Part shown: piece after piece, positions 25,579 to 26,486 of the stretch | How positions within the stretch are numbered: position 1 is the first letter of the stretch | Layout: each line of letters begins with the position of its first letter | Virus record (IMG/VR): IMGVR_UViG_3300027693_000019 | Span: 1-26,486 of that record | Length of the DNA stretch: 26,486 bases | Strand: one strand, 5' to 3' | Origin: a virus | Taxonomy: Duplodnaviria; Caudoviricetes | Notes under the pieces: generated by a model | Seen by the model: the letters and a program-made list of their open reading frames with translations, nothing else | What the model was told of the DNA's origin: nothing | Databases searched by the model: none | Translations under genes and position numbers: made by a program

Positions 25579-26424
25579 TTAAAACATAAACATTGGTTTA
25601 GTTATTGCATAAAGATGCTCTATTTGAAGACTTGTTAGAGCAGAGGCTGTTAAAAAATAAAGCGCTCCATTATGAGTCCAAGTAGTACTAGTTAAACCGT
25701 TATTAAAAGAACCAATTTCTAATCTCGCAGTCGAAACAAAAATACTCGAAGGAATACTCGTAGTATTTTTATACCAATATCCATTATGAAAAATTGATAC
25801 TTCAGTTATTGGGTCAAATTTCCCGACAATAAAAGACCAACCACCTGTTTCAGAAAGAGTAAGACTTGATTCGATTTGGACTCCAGTAGTTCCATCGTTA
25901 GAAATTACAAAATTATATTTATTAGTACTGTACCTTCTATATAATAAATAGGATTTTTGATTTCCAGTAGTATAATATTTGCCAATGATGCCGGTATCAG
26001 CAGCAGGAGCAGTTGAAGGAATTCTAACCCAGCATCCTATAGTTAATCCTCTCATACTAGAATGAACCGAAGTTTCAGTTCCAGTAATATCTAAACCGGC
26101 TTCATCATTTCTATATAAAAATTGGCTAGCATAAAAATTACTATAAGGAATAAACTTTGCAACATTGTCATCATAAGATACACTAGCACCTGCTCCTGCT
26201 TTAGTTAGGTTTCTAGAATTCGACGAGATATCCAAAGTCAATGGAGTTTCATTCATTGGACCCATCGGCCAAAAACCTCTTAAACCTATTAAACTTAAAA
26301 ATTCGCTAATAGCAGTGCCAGAATTTATAGAAAGAGTATCTATTAAATCTACATATTCTGCCCCATTTGGAACATCCCCGTCATCAAAGTAACCTTTTAA
26401 AGTATCTAATGAAACAATAGGCAT
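25579..26424 (-). CDS. LamG/concanavalin-A-like domain virion protein
   Basis: L.GFWPM, D.S.N...LT, LTIGCWV, IIGK, W.FIVG.FD, LEIG, ALT..QIE.LY pattern; N-terminal LKGYF..GD.P....Y.DLIDT anchor-like motif. Confidence 0.75.
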   Translation of the reverse strand: MPIVSLDTLKGYFDDGDVPNGAEYVDLIDTLSINSGTAISEFLSLIGLRGFWPMGPMNETPLTLDISSNSRNLTKAGAGASVSYDDNVAKFIPYSNFYASQFLYRNDEAGLDITGTETSVHSSMRGLTIGCWVRIPSTAPAADTGIIGKYYTTGNQKSYLLYRRYSTNKYNFVISNDGTTGVQIESSLTLSETGGWSFIVGKFDPITEVSIFHNGYWYKNTTSIPSSIFVSTARLEIGSFNNGLTSTTWTHNGALYFLTASALTSLQIEHLYAITKPMFMF

Positions 26425-26486
26425 AAATTTTTAATCTCCTTTCTAGGATTGTTCTCAGAATATAACCCCCCGGAGAATTTTTTGGG

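Noticed and set aside
1-26486. Stop-codon reassignment, tRNA genes, introns or inteins
   Set aside because: Genes are intact under the standard code and end in TAA, TAG and TGA; TerL, portal and capsid are uninterrupted and of ordinary size; no cloverleaf seen in the short intergenic gaps

Overview
This window is the packaging and virion-morphogenesis arm of an AT-rich tailed dsDNA siphophage, with every credible gene on the minus strand. Read from the right end, which may lie at or next to the genome terminus, the order is: LamG-like protein, TIM-barrel/SH3 endolysin, putative TerS, HNH, head-tail adaptor, two basic 'HYGVLGMRWG' proteins, TerL, portal, fused protease-major capsid protein, head closure, tail terminator, major tail protein, an inserted ~4 kb fibre-like cassette, two tail chaperones, a gp10-like neck protein, tape measure, Dit, a Pepy6-gp37-like hub, tail fibre, three membrane/holin genes, and then small promoter/terminator-delimited accessory genes including a DUF6353-like protein. 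Family names come from motif recall and synteny with ReqiPepy6/Arthrobacter AU-AM-like phages and their uncultured relatives; no database search was run. Four observations stand out. (1) A 33-bp inverted repeat upstream of the endolysin has a loop antisense to the phage's own ribosome-binding sites. (2) A possible template-assembled fibre module pairs a 125-aa subunit with a protein carrying 26 repeats of ~23 aa and a small adaptor. (3) A TCGC-N8-CATA-N3-TATAAT promoter occurs three times. (4) Three terminators each have a start codon and mini-ORF at their 5' arm.
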